This document shows positions 1-14,096 of a DNA stretch of 64,000 nucleotides, piece by piece. Every line of letters begins with the position of its first letter. Position 1 is the stretch's first letter. The position numbers were made by a program, and so were the translations under genes. The notes beneath the pieces were generated by a model. That model was not told the origin of the DNA. It saw only the letters and a list, made by a program, of their open reading frames with translations, and searched no databases. Origin of the DNA: Octopus vulgaris (Eukaryota); contig OX597818.1 of NCBI GenBank assembly GCA_951406725.2, positions 12,152,001 through 12,216,000 of the forward strand. Reading direction: 5' to 3'.

Positions 1-367
1 TTCCCTAGGTGCCGCACAATGGGATTGAACACAAGTCTACATAGCTGAGGAACAAGTTTCTTAAAACACAGTCACCCTATGCCTATAAAGCTTATGCATA
101 AAGTGGAGTAAGGTAAAGAAAATAGTTAAGGGTTCAAATCCTTATTTTAATGCTAAATCTCTGTGAGGTTTTGTTCCACGGTACAGAGAGAAGGAATTGT
201 GGGAGTGAAAGAGATTACGCAAATTTCAAGACAACCTGGGCTACAAAAGAATTTCAGAGAATGGAGGCCACAGGTAGGAGATTAATGATTTCTGCGCTCC
301 TGGGGTTGGGAGTAGTTCTAAATAGCTTAATTAGTCTAGGCAACACATGAGTTAAAACAAGGTGTGT

Positions 368-436
<69 letters not shown>

Positions 437-554
437 AGTGGGTGTTAGGCATTTCTGTTATTCTTTAATTGAATACATTTGTTGTGTGTTGGAATTGTTA
501 CTGGGGATTAAAATGTATCTTACATTTAACATTTAAACTCCATTTCTTTAGGTT

Positions 555-968
555 TGAAATAGCTTTCAAGTTTTAGCACAAGGCAAGCGAATTTGGAAGA
601 GGAGGCTAGCCGATTACATCGACCCCAGTGCTCAACTGGTACTTACTTTATAGACCCCGCGGAATTTAAACTCAGATCGTAAAGACAGACGAGATGCCGC
701 AAGGCATTCTGCCCGGCATGCTAACGATTCTGCCAGCTCGTTGCCTTGCTATAGGTCTAATATTCTTTTCTTTTCTACTCTAGGCACAGGGCCTGAAATT
801 TTTCGGGGAGGGGGCCAGTCGATTAGATCGACCCCAGTACGCAGCTGGTACTTATCGACCCCGAAAGAATGAAAGACAAAGTCGACCTCGGTGGAATTTG
901 ATCTCAGACCGTAAAGGCAGACGAGATGCAGCTAAGGCATTTTGCCCTGCGTGCCAGCTTGTTGCCTT
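555..968 (-). mobile_element. Two adjacent degenerate copies of tRNA-derived SINE family A
   Basis: Reverse complement of the recurring ggcgagctggcagaa...gttcaaattcc...cctttcatcctttcggggtcgat...gtaccagtt motif at about 555-747 and 770-968. Confidence 0.8.
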
Positions 969-1059
969 GCTTTAGGTTTAATATTAAACGAAAAATTTCT
1001 GACAGATTTTGTTGTGCTAAATCTAATTCAAAAATTGAAAGTGTAAAATTTATGTTTGA

Positions 1060-2090
1060 CACTGATTATTATACACCGAGTGTAACAGTTTCACTTTCCA
1101 CTAAAATAATTCCACTTCTTCCGCTTTCGCTTCAACCGCCTACGGATCTTTGTGGCTTTCGTCACTTTTACAATTTGTTCCAAATGTTTTCAAATTTGGT
1201 ATATGTATTAAGTTTTGTATACTAATTGTGAAAATGAAATTCATTTTCCCTATAAACTCATAATTAAGATGTTATAAGCCATTAAAATTTGCAAAATTTT
1301 AGCCAATCAGAGGCGAGTATTTTAGACTTCCCTGTGGCGAAGAAGTTTGTTTCTATAGTAATTAAAGCAGAGAAGCACCACGTGTTCCATAACTGATTGG
1401 GAAGAACTCTGTTTCCATAGTAACCAAAGATGCTACGCATGCGCACAAGGAGTGTAGCCGCCACTTGTTCTATAATTGTTTGTTTTCTTCACAGATAGAA
1501 CTCACATTCAACAAATTGAAAGTACCTGGGCATGGTTGACTCTTATATTTGTGAATTTATGTGGAGAAGATGCGAGAAAGATAATTTATTTTATAAAATC
1601 CTAGTGTGTACTGCAAACTTTCGTTCTTCAATTTTTTAAAACTAATAAATGTCTGTTTTAAACAATGTTTTGACTGTTATTTCTAGCAACTCCTGTTGGC
1701 TTGTTCGTAGCTTTTAAATATTTAATATTCTCGCGAATATTTTAATATTCGCGAGCAAATTTATATGTATATTTTAATCTTTTGACTGTTATTTCTAGCA
1801 ACTCCTGTTGGTTTGTTTGTTCGTAGCTTTTAAATATTTAATTTGCTCGCGTAGCTAGTTTAATGTTTTGACAAATCAATGCCCCTCGTCCCGCCCTGAT
1901 GATGGAAGAGGCAGCGAACGCGCTATTTTCTGATTGGCTGAAAATTCTGAAAATTATTAAACTTTGAAAACTTGTAACATTTTTGCAAATTTTTTCTGGA
2001 ATAAATGAATAACAAATTCGGATTCAGCGTCAAAAATTACATCTTTATGATACATTAAAAGAAAAAAATTAAAGGTAATTGTAAACAGTG
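1060..2090. mobile_element. Possible non-autonomous DNA transposon (Chapaev-like ends)
   Basis: Begins cactg and ends cagtg. Inverted motifs agccaatcag (about 1300) and ctgattggct (about 1930). Internal direct repeat of about 60 bp (1668-1728 vs 1780-1842). No TSD seen. Confidence 0.3.
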
Positions 2091-4169
2091 GCAGAAACCA
2101 CAAAGGTCCCCGCGTACAACCAAAGAGTCAGTAGGAGCATACGAAAGAGCTTCTATGTGGTCACACAACCAGCTAGAAATAGCAACCAAATCTCCCTCAA
2201 ATCACACCCTATTGTCTTATAAATAGACGCGTTGGCTAACGTGTGTTTGCTTTCTTGAACATACAAAAATGACAGAATATCTTTGATTACATGTCTGCTC
2301 GATCAAGAACTTGAATAGAACAACGACAACAGTAACGTATATTATCACTCATAACAGCCAAAGATCCCTCTATAAATGGTATACATGAAGTCACTTCCTT
2401 TCCATTTTTTTTTTGTTTAAAAGATAGAAATGAAATGATAATTGAAATAACTTTTAAACATTATAAGGTTTGATATAAATACACTGCGAAATCACTTGAC
2501 GTTTTAAGAAAGATCAAGTTATATAGTAGTCTATTACGAAAATGCTTTGATTTGTTATAACTGACGCATATGATGGTAGACCTAGTTGTGATAGCGGACC
2601 GAGTTGATACAATTAGGATATAAGTTTTGTTAATATGCATCTACAAAAATTTGGGAAGGAAAATGATGTCATCAAATTTTAAGAAATAAAAATACGAAAA
2701 TGAAAACTGACTATTTAAGCAAGATTGGAAGGAAGATTTTGCGTTCACTATTAACAGGAAGTAAACATTTGTGCTTTATCTGTTATGGGTCATTACATAG
2801 TCGAGTAACTTGTACTAACAGTAGTAAATCACAAGATATTTTCGTCTGCTATCCATTTACACTTGATTTTAAAAAAATACCAAAACGAGTCAACTGTGTT
2901 CAGCAGGTACTGTTGACAACGTTCAGTAAGGCAACCGATAGATACGTCTGAAACTCATGTTGTTATGTCACCTAATGCTGCTTGTACTCAACGCCATATT
3001 GTCATAGTGAGTAGTGTTTGATAAAAAAAAAAAACGCAAAATTTCAGCGAGCGATAGTATAAACATCAGTTACATGCCACTCCATAGAAAGGCATATCCC
3101 CTACATTAACACTGATGTTGCAGACAAAATGCAAAATATTTTAACTAATTTCCTTTGCATTCAGTTAAGCATTTGATGAACCTACCAGATATTGAAGACA
3201 GCATACAACTGGCAGTAGTTGTTCCGTTATGTTTCCTCTGATGTAACTGAGAAAAGATTTAGCATTAAAAGAAACAATTCGTGGTATTAGCATTAAAATT
3301 GCCTCGACAGGCTTGACGTTCCACTGAATAAACTCGACAGTGTTGTAACATACGGAGTGCATGAAAGGGTGGAGTTAATGCATGATTAATTGTTCTTATA
3401 AAAACTGGCCCTGGTCCTAGCTTTCCTGATTTTCTTACTGTTCATTACATTATTCATTGCGAGCGCCTGGTATTCATATACTTCACAGAACGAAAATTTT
3501 ATGAAAATTATCCTTAAAATTGCTAATTTTTCAAGCATGAGAAGTGCCATTGATATTTCAAAAATGTTGTCGACGAACAGGATCTTGAAGTAATCCATTA
3601 ATGTTACTTTCTACTGCATTGGGATGTGATAACATTGTGAAACCTGTTATTTAGTTTCTTATAGAAATGACAAGATCCTATCCTGAACAGGGATAAAATA
3701 AAAGAAGAAAAAAGAATGAATTAATGAATGAATGCAAGGTCTTTCGAAGAAGGCCACAGTGGATAATGCAGTCTTATATATATATATTTAAGGCTGAAAT
3801 ATATTTGATAATAGATCTGCACAATCAAGATTGATTTGGGCTCTACTACAACGACAAATCCAACAGTAGCGACATTAACAACAAGACCTGCTACTTGGAT
3901 GCTTTTAATGAAATTCATATTTGCAAGTATGCGGATCCGACCGCTGTTCTCTCATCGGTCACCATTCTACAACCAAAATATATGTTTGGGCCCTTTCTCA
4001 AAAAACTTTGTGGAACCGTGCAACCCCCAACCATGATCACTTCTAAGCTACGGCATTTCATTTAATAACCTTCATACAGAGACAGCTTTCATAAATGCTA
4101 CTTCCACTTTTTTCATCTCCACAATGCACACATATAACAAAACCTCTCTTCTTCGACACGCAAGCTCCT

Positions 4170-5370
4170 TATTACATACACCTATACGTCTAATGCGAAG
4201 ACACCTCCAGTCATCAGCCCAGTAAGATCCTATGTCACAGTGATGTCCCATTCCCAAGAAGGGTATCTTTTTTCATTCTAATAGCTATCAACCTATTGCT
4301 CTTACTGCAGACATCTCGAGGGTGGTACAAAAGAGTCGTTTACAGTCACTTTCTCGTACAGCTTGAGGCATTCTCCATCCCTAGTGATCACCAGTAGAAT
4401 CTTTCACTGAACAAGATCTATAGGAAGTTTCCTTTCTTATGTCCCACTCATCAGTAGTCACTTCACATTTGAGAAATTAGACAAAGGTAGTGCCATTGTA
4501 CATGCTACCGGCAAAGCATTTGATTACGTGACTCGAAGATCTAGTGATTATGTCTATGGGTTCGTCTCTTGGTTCGAAAGTTTTCTGTCATATCGCATCT
4601 TGGTAGCGTGCACTTGTATACATTGTTTTTAATAACCTCCATGACTTTTCTTTCGTACATTAATAACTTACTTGTTACTACTATCAACGCTCACACCTAT
4701 ACAGATAGTACCACTCTCTACTTCTGACATTTCTGTTTCGATATCTAGGACGAATTTTCTACTACTGCTACAAACACACGTTAGATAGCATCAAACGGAA
4801 CCATTCGGGTGATTGACAGAACCTCAATTACTAAAGCATTATAAACTCTCTCCTACTGACGCACTGCTGATTCTTCAATACTGTTTATTATTTTGCAGCT
4901 TCATATTAATAAACCTACCATTTTATCCAACCATATAATACAAAAAAAACAACAACTTAATATAAAACACGCAGGGACTCAGAAATACATCTGAGTCTAA
5001 AAAGAAAAGACCAAAAGAGTATAAACTATATCACTAGTTTTTAGCTACATAAAGTGGGGCCGCATTGTATTCGGGATCATATAGAAGGGAAATTGAGACG
5101 GTAATTGTATATCCCCTTCACTTAGATGCGCCCATGACACTTGTATCACTTTCACTATCCAACCCTAAACTCTATGCTAAATCCTTCATTACCAGAACGT
5201 CCGACCTCTGGAATCCTTCTGTTCATTCTTCACCACCCAAACGACAACTTAAGTCTTCATTTTGACCATCAACCCTATCTATCTCACCTGTCTGCGATAG
5301 CACGCAGTGGTCGAGGTCATAGCCCCTTCCTTGCCACTTACCCCTCTCTTTCTTTCATTAAAAGCTAAAA
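4170..5370 (+). pseudogene. Highly decayed non-LTR retrotransposon (LINE) RT 3' portion
   Basis: Remnant motifs PIALT (about 4292), KAFD (about 4513) and C-terminal SFITRTSDLWN (about 5182). The 3' end recurs at 7272-7430. Confidence 0.5.
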
Positions 5371-5607
5371 CTAAAGCAGGACTCAGTGTGAATGTGTTTA
5401 TGCCTATGTCCTCATAAAGACATAAAGTCTCATATAAAGTCTGTCTGTTTGACTTTATATAACTTTATATAGACAGTCAGACAAAGTGACATGTGTATTT
5501 ACACACACACACACGCACGTACACACACACGCACACACACACACACACACACATATGTGTATATATATACATATATTCCTAAAGACATATGTATATATGC
5601 ATACGTG

Positions 5608-5673
<66 letters not shown>

Positions 5674-5677
5674 GGTA

Positions 5678-6040
5678 TGTAGAAAAATACAACATGGACA
5701 AGAACGTATAACTCTTAGAAGACGACACAATAAACACGGACAGGACATTCGAAACCCTCAGTCTTCAGTCAAGAACCGGATCATCGTAGTAATTTCGGCT
5801 GATTAATCTTGAGATTACTAGATCACGGCCAGCCCTCCAAGAAAAACCAAGCAACGAGCATTAGAAAAACTAAGCTGGAAGCGTAGATTTCCTGGAAGAA
5901 GGATCGAATGCATACGAACACCAGGACAGCAAAAGGGACAGATATAAAAAAACAAAAAACAATAATGGAATACAGAAACATGAAATACAGAAGCATTAAC
6001 GGTGAAAACAACAGTGTCTTACGACTGATAACAAGCAAAC
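5678..6040 (-). mobile_element. Short non-coding repeat (family E) between (TA)n tracts, PLE-terminus-like
   Basis: Homologous to 42873-43195 (same orientation) and 47210-47345 (inverted). Minus strand carries CTGAAGA...CGAATGTC, a degenerate HHR-like motif. Confidence 0.55.
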
Positions 6041-6064
6041 AAATATATATATATATATATAATT

Positions 6065-6115
6065 GGTTTCGTGGTGTAGTGGTTATCACGTCTGCTTGGA
6101 GCCTCGCCGAAACCT
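6065..6115 (+). pseudogene. tRNA-Val-derived pseudogene with internal deletion
   Basis: ggtttcgtggtgtagtggttatcacgtctgctt resembles the 5' half of metazoan tRNA-Val. The 3' acceptor strand cgaaacc (6108-6114) pairs with ggtttcg. Anticodon 3' arm and most of the T arm are absent. Confidence 0.7.
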
Positions 6116-6133
6116 TGAATGCTTAAAAAAGTA

Positions 6134-6730
6134 GGCGCAGGCGTGGCTGTATGGTAAAAAGTTTGCTTCCTAACCACATTGGTTTCGCGTTTAGTCCCAC
6201 TGCGTAGCACCTTGGACAAGTGGCTTCTCAGCAGGGGTCCACTTGACCTTTAGGAGTTCATATTAGATTTTGTTGCTAAAGTTTAGGTTCAAAAAGTGAT
6301 TATTCTTCTACAATACACAAAATATTAGAATACTTCTTTTTATACAATTCCTCATATATAATTATAAAAATATAATGGAATATTTTTGAACATCAAATGT
6401 CTATGGGGGGTTTACTAGAATAAAATAGAAATCAAAGACCATAGTGAAAAATGGTTGAGGATCACTGTGGTAGATGGAAACTGAAAGAAGCCCGTCCTAT
6501 AAATATCCGTGTGTGTGTGACTTTCTGTCTCTGTTAGTCCCCCACCTCCACTTGACAACCGGTGTTGGCGTGCTTATGTCCCCGTTCATTAGCAATTTTG
6601 CAGAAGAGATCGATGGAAAAGTACCAAGCTTAAAAAAAAAGTCCAGGGGTCGATTCATTGAACTAAAATTCTTCATAGTGATGCCTCAACATGGCCGCAA
6701 TCTAATGACTGAAACAAGTAAAAGATAAAA
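6134..6730 (+). mobile_element. SINE family B interrupted by a hAT-like MITE remnant (about 6219-6467)
   Basis: Head ggcgcaggcgtggctgtatggtaa and tail catggccgc...gactgaaacaagtaaaag. Insert ends gttgaggatcactg. Confidence 0.7.
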
Positions 6731-7959
6731 AAGATATGTGTGTATGTATGTGTGTTGGGAAGATCAAGTTAACTCTACTCTCAGTACAGTTCCTCCATCA
6801 GTAAGCAAGTTCTTTATTTTTGAAAATAATTACCTTATTTCAACCACTACCACCACACGTCTATCTGACCAAACGCTTGACCACACACACACACACACGT
6901 GTCTGTGTCTAACACTAGCTATAGTTTTGAGTGTCTACCTGATTGTGATAACCTTTATGAAAGACTATCTCACTGTGCCTATCTATGAATTCCTTTAGCC
7001 ACGCTTATGTGAATCTGTCTGACCGTGTCCTCCTTTATCTGTATATAAAGACTTTGTAAGACCTTTATCATTGTCTGTTTGTCAGTTTCTGTCTGTTCTT
7101 AAATGTAAGCCTAGCTATTCTTATTAAGATGCATCTAACTATATCTACCTGTCTATATATGCTTATCTATCTAACCATGCATATCAAAGACTGCCTATCA
7201 GTCGATATCTGTCTGATCCTCTTTGTAACTCTAGGCATATTTGTGAACCTATTTGAAAGAGTCTTTATGTCTTCATTACCAGAACGTCCGACCTCTGGAA
7301 TCCTTCTGTTCATTCTTCGCCACGCAAACGTCAACTTGAGTCTCTTCATTTTGACCATCAACCCTATCTATCTCATTTGTCTGCGATAGCACGCAGTGGT
7401 CGAGGTCATAGCCTCTTCCTCGTCACTTACACTGGCTGTGATTATGAAAGTCTGTCTCTCTGTGTCTATGTCTGTAAGAAAGAGCCTCTTTATGAATGTA
7501 TATCTCATTGTGGCTCTATGAATTTCTAACGATATTTTATAAAACCCTACATAACTGTTTCTATACTATCTAACATTTATCTACTAAATTTTACTTGTTT
7601 CATTCATTGTGACTGCGACCATGCTGGGATATACCACCTTGGAAGGTTCCGTCGAAGAAATCGACCCCAGTACTTTTATTTAATTCTGGTATTTATTTAA
7701 TCGGTCTCTTGTTGCTGAACCGCTACGCTACGGGGACTGGGAACAAACATAAACGCAAAGAATATGTATATATATATATATATATATAATAGTGTATAAA
7801 CAATTTACGTATTCATATACGGAAGAGGTGACCTTTGACAGGACACCTTGCTGTATTTTCGGGACCATTTGCTGCATAAATATGCATTGATTTTAGCGCC
7901 CTCACTGAAGAAGTATGGAATGCAAATTAATTTATTTTGCACACACACATATATATCTG

Positions 7960-8021
7960 TATATGTATGTATATATGTGTGTGTACGTATGTATGTGTGT
8001 ATGTATGTATGTGTATGTATA

Positions 8022-8057
<36 letters not shown>

Positions 8058-8152
8058 TTTTATGTATGTATGTATGTATGTATGTATGTATGTATGCATG
8101 CATGTATGTATGTATGTATGTATGTATGTATGTATGTATGTATGTATGTATG

Positions 8153-8184
<32 letters not shown>

Positions 8185-8255
8185 TGCATGCATGTATGTA
8201 TGTATGTATGTATGTATGTATGTATGTATGTATGCATGTATGTATGTATGTATGT
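7960..8255. repeat. (TATG)n microsatellite
   Basis: Direct inspection. Confidence 0.95.
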
Positions 8256-8319
8256 TTTTTGTTTTTTTTTGTTTTTCCAGTTTCAGCTCTTGAGCTGTGG
8301 CCATGCTGGGGCACCGCCA

Positions 8320-8482
8320 TTGTGGTGAAAGAGTACAGCAGGGATCACCACCCCCTGCCGGAGCCTCGTAGAGCTTTTAGGTGTTTTCGCTCAATAAACA
8401 CACACAACGCCCGGTCTGAGAATCGAAACCGCGATCCTGCGACCGCGAGTCCGCTGCCCTAACCACTAGGCCATTGCGCCTC
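8320..8482 (-). mobile_element. tRNA-derived SINE family C
   Basis: Reverse complement of ggaggcgcaatggcctagtggttagggcagcggactcgcggtcg. Matches 53688-53872 and 61972-62227. Confidence 0.8.
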
Positions 8483-9552
8483 TATGTATGTATGTATGTA
8501 TGTATGTATGTATAGGAGAGTGATTGTATATGTACATGTATGTGTGCATGCGTTTGTTGTGTGCCTACCTCCTTGTCTAAAAATGCGTTTATAATTATTT
8601 CCAAACTTACATTGTTAGTTATTTCTCAGCTATTTCACCCCAACCATTTTTTTTAATGAAATAAGAAAAGAAAACTTTGACAGAACCCTCACTGTAATAA
8701 TGTGCTTTTGTGTGAAGATGTGGTGTCAGGCTGCAGATGGGAATGTGTGTGTGTGTTTGTGTGTACGTGCGTGCGCGCGTGTGTATGCGTCTGCCTCTTT
8801 GTTTAACAAAGTGTGTTTATAGTTGTTAGCATTTTATCAACCCTTTCTTTATATCCTCCGGTTCTTTCACCCCCTATTCATAACACAGCAAAGAAAAAAC
8901 AAAATAGAAAAAGCGAAATGACTGATGCAAAAATAACTTTATAAACATGAGGCAACAAGGAAGCATTTGCCAGAGTCACTCGAATTGCTAGAAAAGACAG
9001 TCACGTCTACTTCAACCTAACACTGTTTTAACCATAAAATTAAAAAAAGAAGAAAAAAACGACGAAAGAACACAATGGATGATACAAATTTAAGTAGACA
9101 ATGCCTGAGACAATGCCTAGACAATGAATAAAAAAAATGTAATGTTCACGGTAGGAATGTCTTTGATCATAGCTCTACACGATCAGGTCTGACCTGGGCC
9201 TAAACAATATCAACAACGCAACAAATATGCCGCTATGAATTTTGTTTTATGTGTTTATTTATTTATCTATTTATATTAGAAACTGCTTTACTCTTTCACT
9301 AAAATTATTTCGCCGAAACATTTCTAAAACAATGATCCAAATATGGCTATCGTAATTAACAAAAAAAATGGACAAGTCTAAAGATATTTCTTTGGTCTTG
9401 AAGTGGATACTTATCTGTGAACAAATTCGCGAATGAAGAACAGATGCATACATACATACACACATACATGCATACATACATGCGAACATGCACATACACA
9501 CACGTATATACATACACCTATATACATATGTATATTTAAATTTATACGTGTT

Positions 9553-9925
9553 CTTTTATTCCTTTACTTGTTTCAGTTATTTGACTGCAGCCATGCTGGA
9601 GCACCACCTTTAGTCGAACAAATCGACCCCAGGACTTATTCTTTGTAAGCGTAGTACTTATTCTATCGGTTCCTTTTGCCGAACTGCTACGTTACGGCAA
9701 CGTAAACACGCCAACATCGGTGGCCAAGCGATGGTGGGGGACAGACACAAATAACCCACACATACATACACACACGACGGACTTGTTTTAGTTTGCATCT
9801 ACCAAATCCACTCACTAGGCTTTGGTCGGCCCGAGGCGATAGTCGAAGACACTTGCCAAAGTGCCACACAGTGAGACTGAACCCGAAACTATGTAGCTAG
9901 GAGCAAGCTTCTTACCACTCAGCCG
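9553..9925 (-). mobile_element. SINE family B
   Basis: Reverse complement of the family B body as seen at 20412-20863. Confidence 0.8.
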
Positions 9926-9977
9926 TCTCTCCATCTATGTATATATGTATGTAAATAACTAATGACTATATATATAT

Positions 9978-10408
9978 GTCACTGCGTGGCACCTTGAGCA
10001 AGTATCTTCTACTATAGCCTCAGGCCGACCAAAGACTTGTCAGTGGATTTGATAGACGGAAACTGAGAGAAGCCCATCGTACATACATACATACGTACGT
10101 ACGTATGTATGTATGTATAGATCGCTAGCCACTAAACCTTTTTCTATTTTCTCTCCCTGTTTATTTTCTCATTCCTTTCTGTCGAAGAGCGTAGGCTCGA
10201 AACGTAGAAGACTTTCTCACTTCCTGAGCGTTAAACAAATACATCTGTTTGTTGTTTACACACCCGTCCTCGTCTTTTGTCTTTCTGAAAAATCTCACTA
10301 TATATAAGTCTGTATCGGAAAGAAGCTGTTCTTTCCTGGGGATATATTACCCACGCGTATTATTCTATGTATGTATTCTCCCGTTTTCTTAGACTTTTAA
10401 AACTTTTC

Positions 10409-10482
<74 letters not shown>

Positions 10483-10680
10483 ATTTGTGTTTGTCTCCCC
10501 GCCATCGCTTGACGACCGAAATTGGTTCCCGTAACTTAGCAGTTCGGCAAAAGAGATCGGTAAAATAAGTACTAGACTTACAAAGAATAAGTCCTGGGGT
10601 TGATTTGTTCGACTAAACCCCCTTAAGGTGGGGTTCCAACATGGCCGCAGTCAAATGACGGAAACAAGTAAAAGAATAAA
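9978..10680 (+). mobile_element. SINE family B with a family F element inserted in its internal microsatellite
   Basis: 5' part at 9978-10080 and 3' part at about 10480-10680, separated by microsatellites and the 10120-10305 insert. Confidence 0.7.
10175..10210 (+). ncRNA. Minimal type I hammerhead-like motif, variant core (family F)
   Basis: cttt-CTGTCGA-a-GAGC-gtag-GCTC-GAAAC-GTA-gaag. Stems I and II pair, but the core has an A6U change. Confidence 0.45.
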
Positions 10681-10781
10681 ACACACACACACAAACATGT
10701 ATAAATAATATATTTCGGATTTATGCTTTACCGACGATATATGTATATATGTATGTATATGTGTATATATTTATATATATT

Positions 10782-10990
<209 letters not shown>

Positions 10991-12214
10991 ATGAAGAGAG
11001 GAAATTTAAGCTAAATAAATATGCAATTCACGATAAATAATAAAAATATGAATACAAGAATGTCTACACTTATATATGTTTATTTATTATTTTTCTTTTT
11101 TCTCGTTTCTCTTCGAAATTGCAGATTGAAGTCATTAGATACGACTTGAATACGTGACACCTCGTTAATATTCGTTTAGAACACGTGCAAAAGATGTAGC
11201 AACTATGTGGACGCCCAATCTGCAAGAAATAGTAACCAAATCCCCACCCCTGCCCTCTCAAATCACAACTTACGCGAGATTACCTCGATTAGCAACGTAT
11301 TTAATGATCATTGACGATGGTGATGATGAGGAGGAAGGGGACGGTGATGATGATGATAATGATGAAGATGATCAAGATGATGACAAGGGCGACGATGATG
11401 ATGACAGTAACGTCGACGATAATAAACAATATTTTCTTTATATAACACGCTCAGTATTTTAAACTAACTACCACAAGATTTGCATTTTGATGAGGAACAG
11501 AACTACAGATAATTTTCTAAAATAAAAAAATAAAATAAAATTACCATAGAAGGTCTCTCAAAAACTGAAATAAACGCCATTTAAATAGTTTGAGGCCCCT
11601 GTAGATTGTCAGGGTATAAGCTACATACAGCCTGTTCAGCTTATATCTAAAACTGACAGTTCCTAAAATAGGTACCAACAGAGGCACATATTTGGAATGT
11701 GGGTGGTATTGTGAACTCCATCGACCCTAATACTTCTATTTTATCCTAATACCTCTATTTTATCCGTCAATTACATTGGCAAATGTTAAATTGACCGATC
11801 TGAGTACACTACTGATATTAATCGCTCAACCTCCTCAATTTGTTATAATTTAGTGAGAGACGGGGCTTCCTTCTTCAAAAGGGTAGTACTAGACGAGAGT
11901 CTCTCAAAATAAGGATGGTCACAGCTGCCACACCTTTGATCAAAGGTCTTGTGTATGAGGGTTGACCTAGGTTTAAACAACAGAAATACTGACAATTGGT
12001 ATTTATCGATCTAGAAATAAATAAAGAAAGAAAGAATGAAAGAAAGAAAGGAAAAACCCATGGCAATCAAATATTTATATTTTGGCTTTATCACAAACTG
12101 TCTGCCTAAATAACAACGACCCTGTGCTAGCGCCTTTATCTGGCCGCTTGATGGTCGCGAAATTGCAACCCAATAACTTTCAAATGAAAATCTGCTCTTC
12201 TGGCTACTAGTTTC

Positions 12215-12377
12215 GAGAAAGGAGTTAAGTCGATTACATCGACTCCAGTGCTCAACTAGTTAATCGACCTCGAAAGGATGAAAGGCAAAGTCGCTTTCAG
12301 CTGAATTTGAACTTAGAATGTAAAGTTTGACGAAAAGTATATCGTCTAGCATGCTAACAATTCTGCCAGTTTGCGCC

Positions 12378-12447
<70 letters not shown>

Positions 12448-12715
12448 TTTCAAATTTTGGCTCAAGGCCAGTAGCTTTTGAGGGGAGGGGAAGTCAATCA
12501 CATCGACACCAATAATAATAGCATAACATTAGGAATAATTTCAAATTTTGGTACAAGGCCAGCATTCGGGGAGGGGGTAAGTCGATTAAATCGACCCCAA
12601 AAGAATGAAAGGTTGATTCGACTTTGGTAGAATTTGAACTCAGAACATAAGACTGATGAAATGCCGGAAAGAATTTTATCCGACGAGACATCAATTCTAC
12701 CAGCTCGCCACCTTA
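12215..12715 (-). mobile_element. Cluster of degenerate SINE family A copies around an (ATA)n tract
   Basis: Family A motifs at 12215-12380 and 12535-12715. (ATA)n at 12380-12445. Confidence 0.7.
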
Positions 12716-14015
12716 AAAAAAAAAACGGATGAAAGTATAGCAAAAAATAAAAATAAAATAAAACCAGTAATTACAAAAAGATGGAAAGGTCACTGTTGTA
12801 ACGCTTTCGATCAAAGATCTGATGAATCACAACAAAGTTTTCTTATATAGGCACCAGGTCATAAATCTATGGAATTGGGGACTTTCGATTTAATCGGTTC
12901 ATATACTTGACTGGTGCCATCGTGCTATATTTTATCCCACCTAGGTGGTGGTAGAGATCAACACTTGTAGGATTTGACCTCTCAACCTTATGGTTCCACG
13001 TTTTGTCGATATTTCTCCTGTTGCCCGCGTCTCGCACCCAACTGTATTTTTCCGAAGACTGATAGTGAAAGATAAGCGGTGTTTGTGACTTTGTGTCTGT
13101 GTTTATACGAGTGTGCTTGTGAGTGTGTGAGTCAGTGAATGCGTGAATCAGTATGCGCGCGTGTGTAGGTGAGTGTGTGTGTGTGTGTAGGAGTAAACTT
13201 ATTTTTGTGTATGCATGTGCATTAAGAGTGAGTGTATCAGTGTATGTGCGAGTCTGTGTGTATAAGTGTGTGAGAATGTGTCGAGAGCCAGCGTGTATTT
13301 TTGTACGAGTGGTACTGTTTGTACAGATCAGTGCGTATAGATATGTGTGTGTGTGTTTTGAAACGGGTTTTGTTATAACAATGAAAAGAGTTTCAGAATT
13401 TACAGATCTATAGCTAAATTTCAAAACTTACCGGAATACGACAACATTAATGCTCCAGTATGGCTAAAAAAAAAAAGTAACAGAAAGATTGGTTTTGAAA
13501 GAGACCAAACAGAAGAGTTTTATAAATGTGGTGCTTGCGTGGTACGGAGCACTTTTGTTAACTGTCTTGTATATTAGATGTTTGACGGAGGGAAGTTGAA
13601 AATGAGAGGGAGAGAGAGAAAGAGTGAGAGGCAGACAGACAGAGAGAGTGGCTAAGGCTTTCGTTTTAGTCTAACATTCACACACATACACACACACACA
13701 CACAAACACACAAACACACACACACATTCATAAAGAAATTGTACAGGCAAAAGTTGCGTTCTGACTGTTGAAGTTAGAGAAGGAGTTAGTGAGTGAGGAA
13801 AGGGGAGGGAATAGGAGGAAGAAACGGAGGAACAGGTGGAGGCTGTTGGGGAAGGAGTAGGATGAGAAGAGGCTGATGGAGAAGCGGCAAGAGTTGTGAT
13901 GACGGAATGAAAAAGAGAGAGGAAAAGGAGGGTAGGGAGGAGCGGTCGGTTGGTTGGATTAATCATTCAGTGAGTATGTGTTGTAGAGATAGTGCAAGAA
14001 CGAGCGAGCGGGAGT

Positions 14016-14096
<81 letters not shown>

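Noticed and set aside
2800-3700. Splice-like signals (plus-strand acceptor near 3164, minus-strand acceptor near 3682)
   Set aside because: Frames close quickly and the peptides are unrecognisable, so support is insufficient.
11205-11462. Acidic poly-Asp ORF
   Set aside because: Degenerate (GAT)n repeat with no supporting exon or domain evidence.
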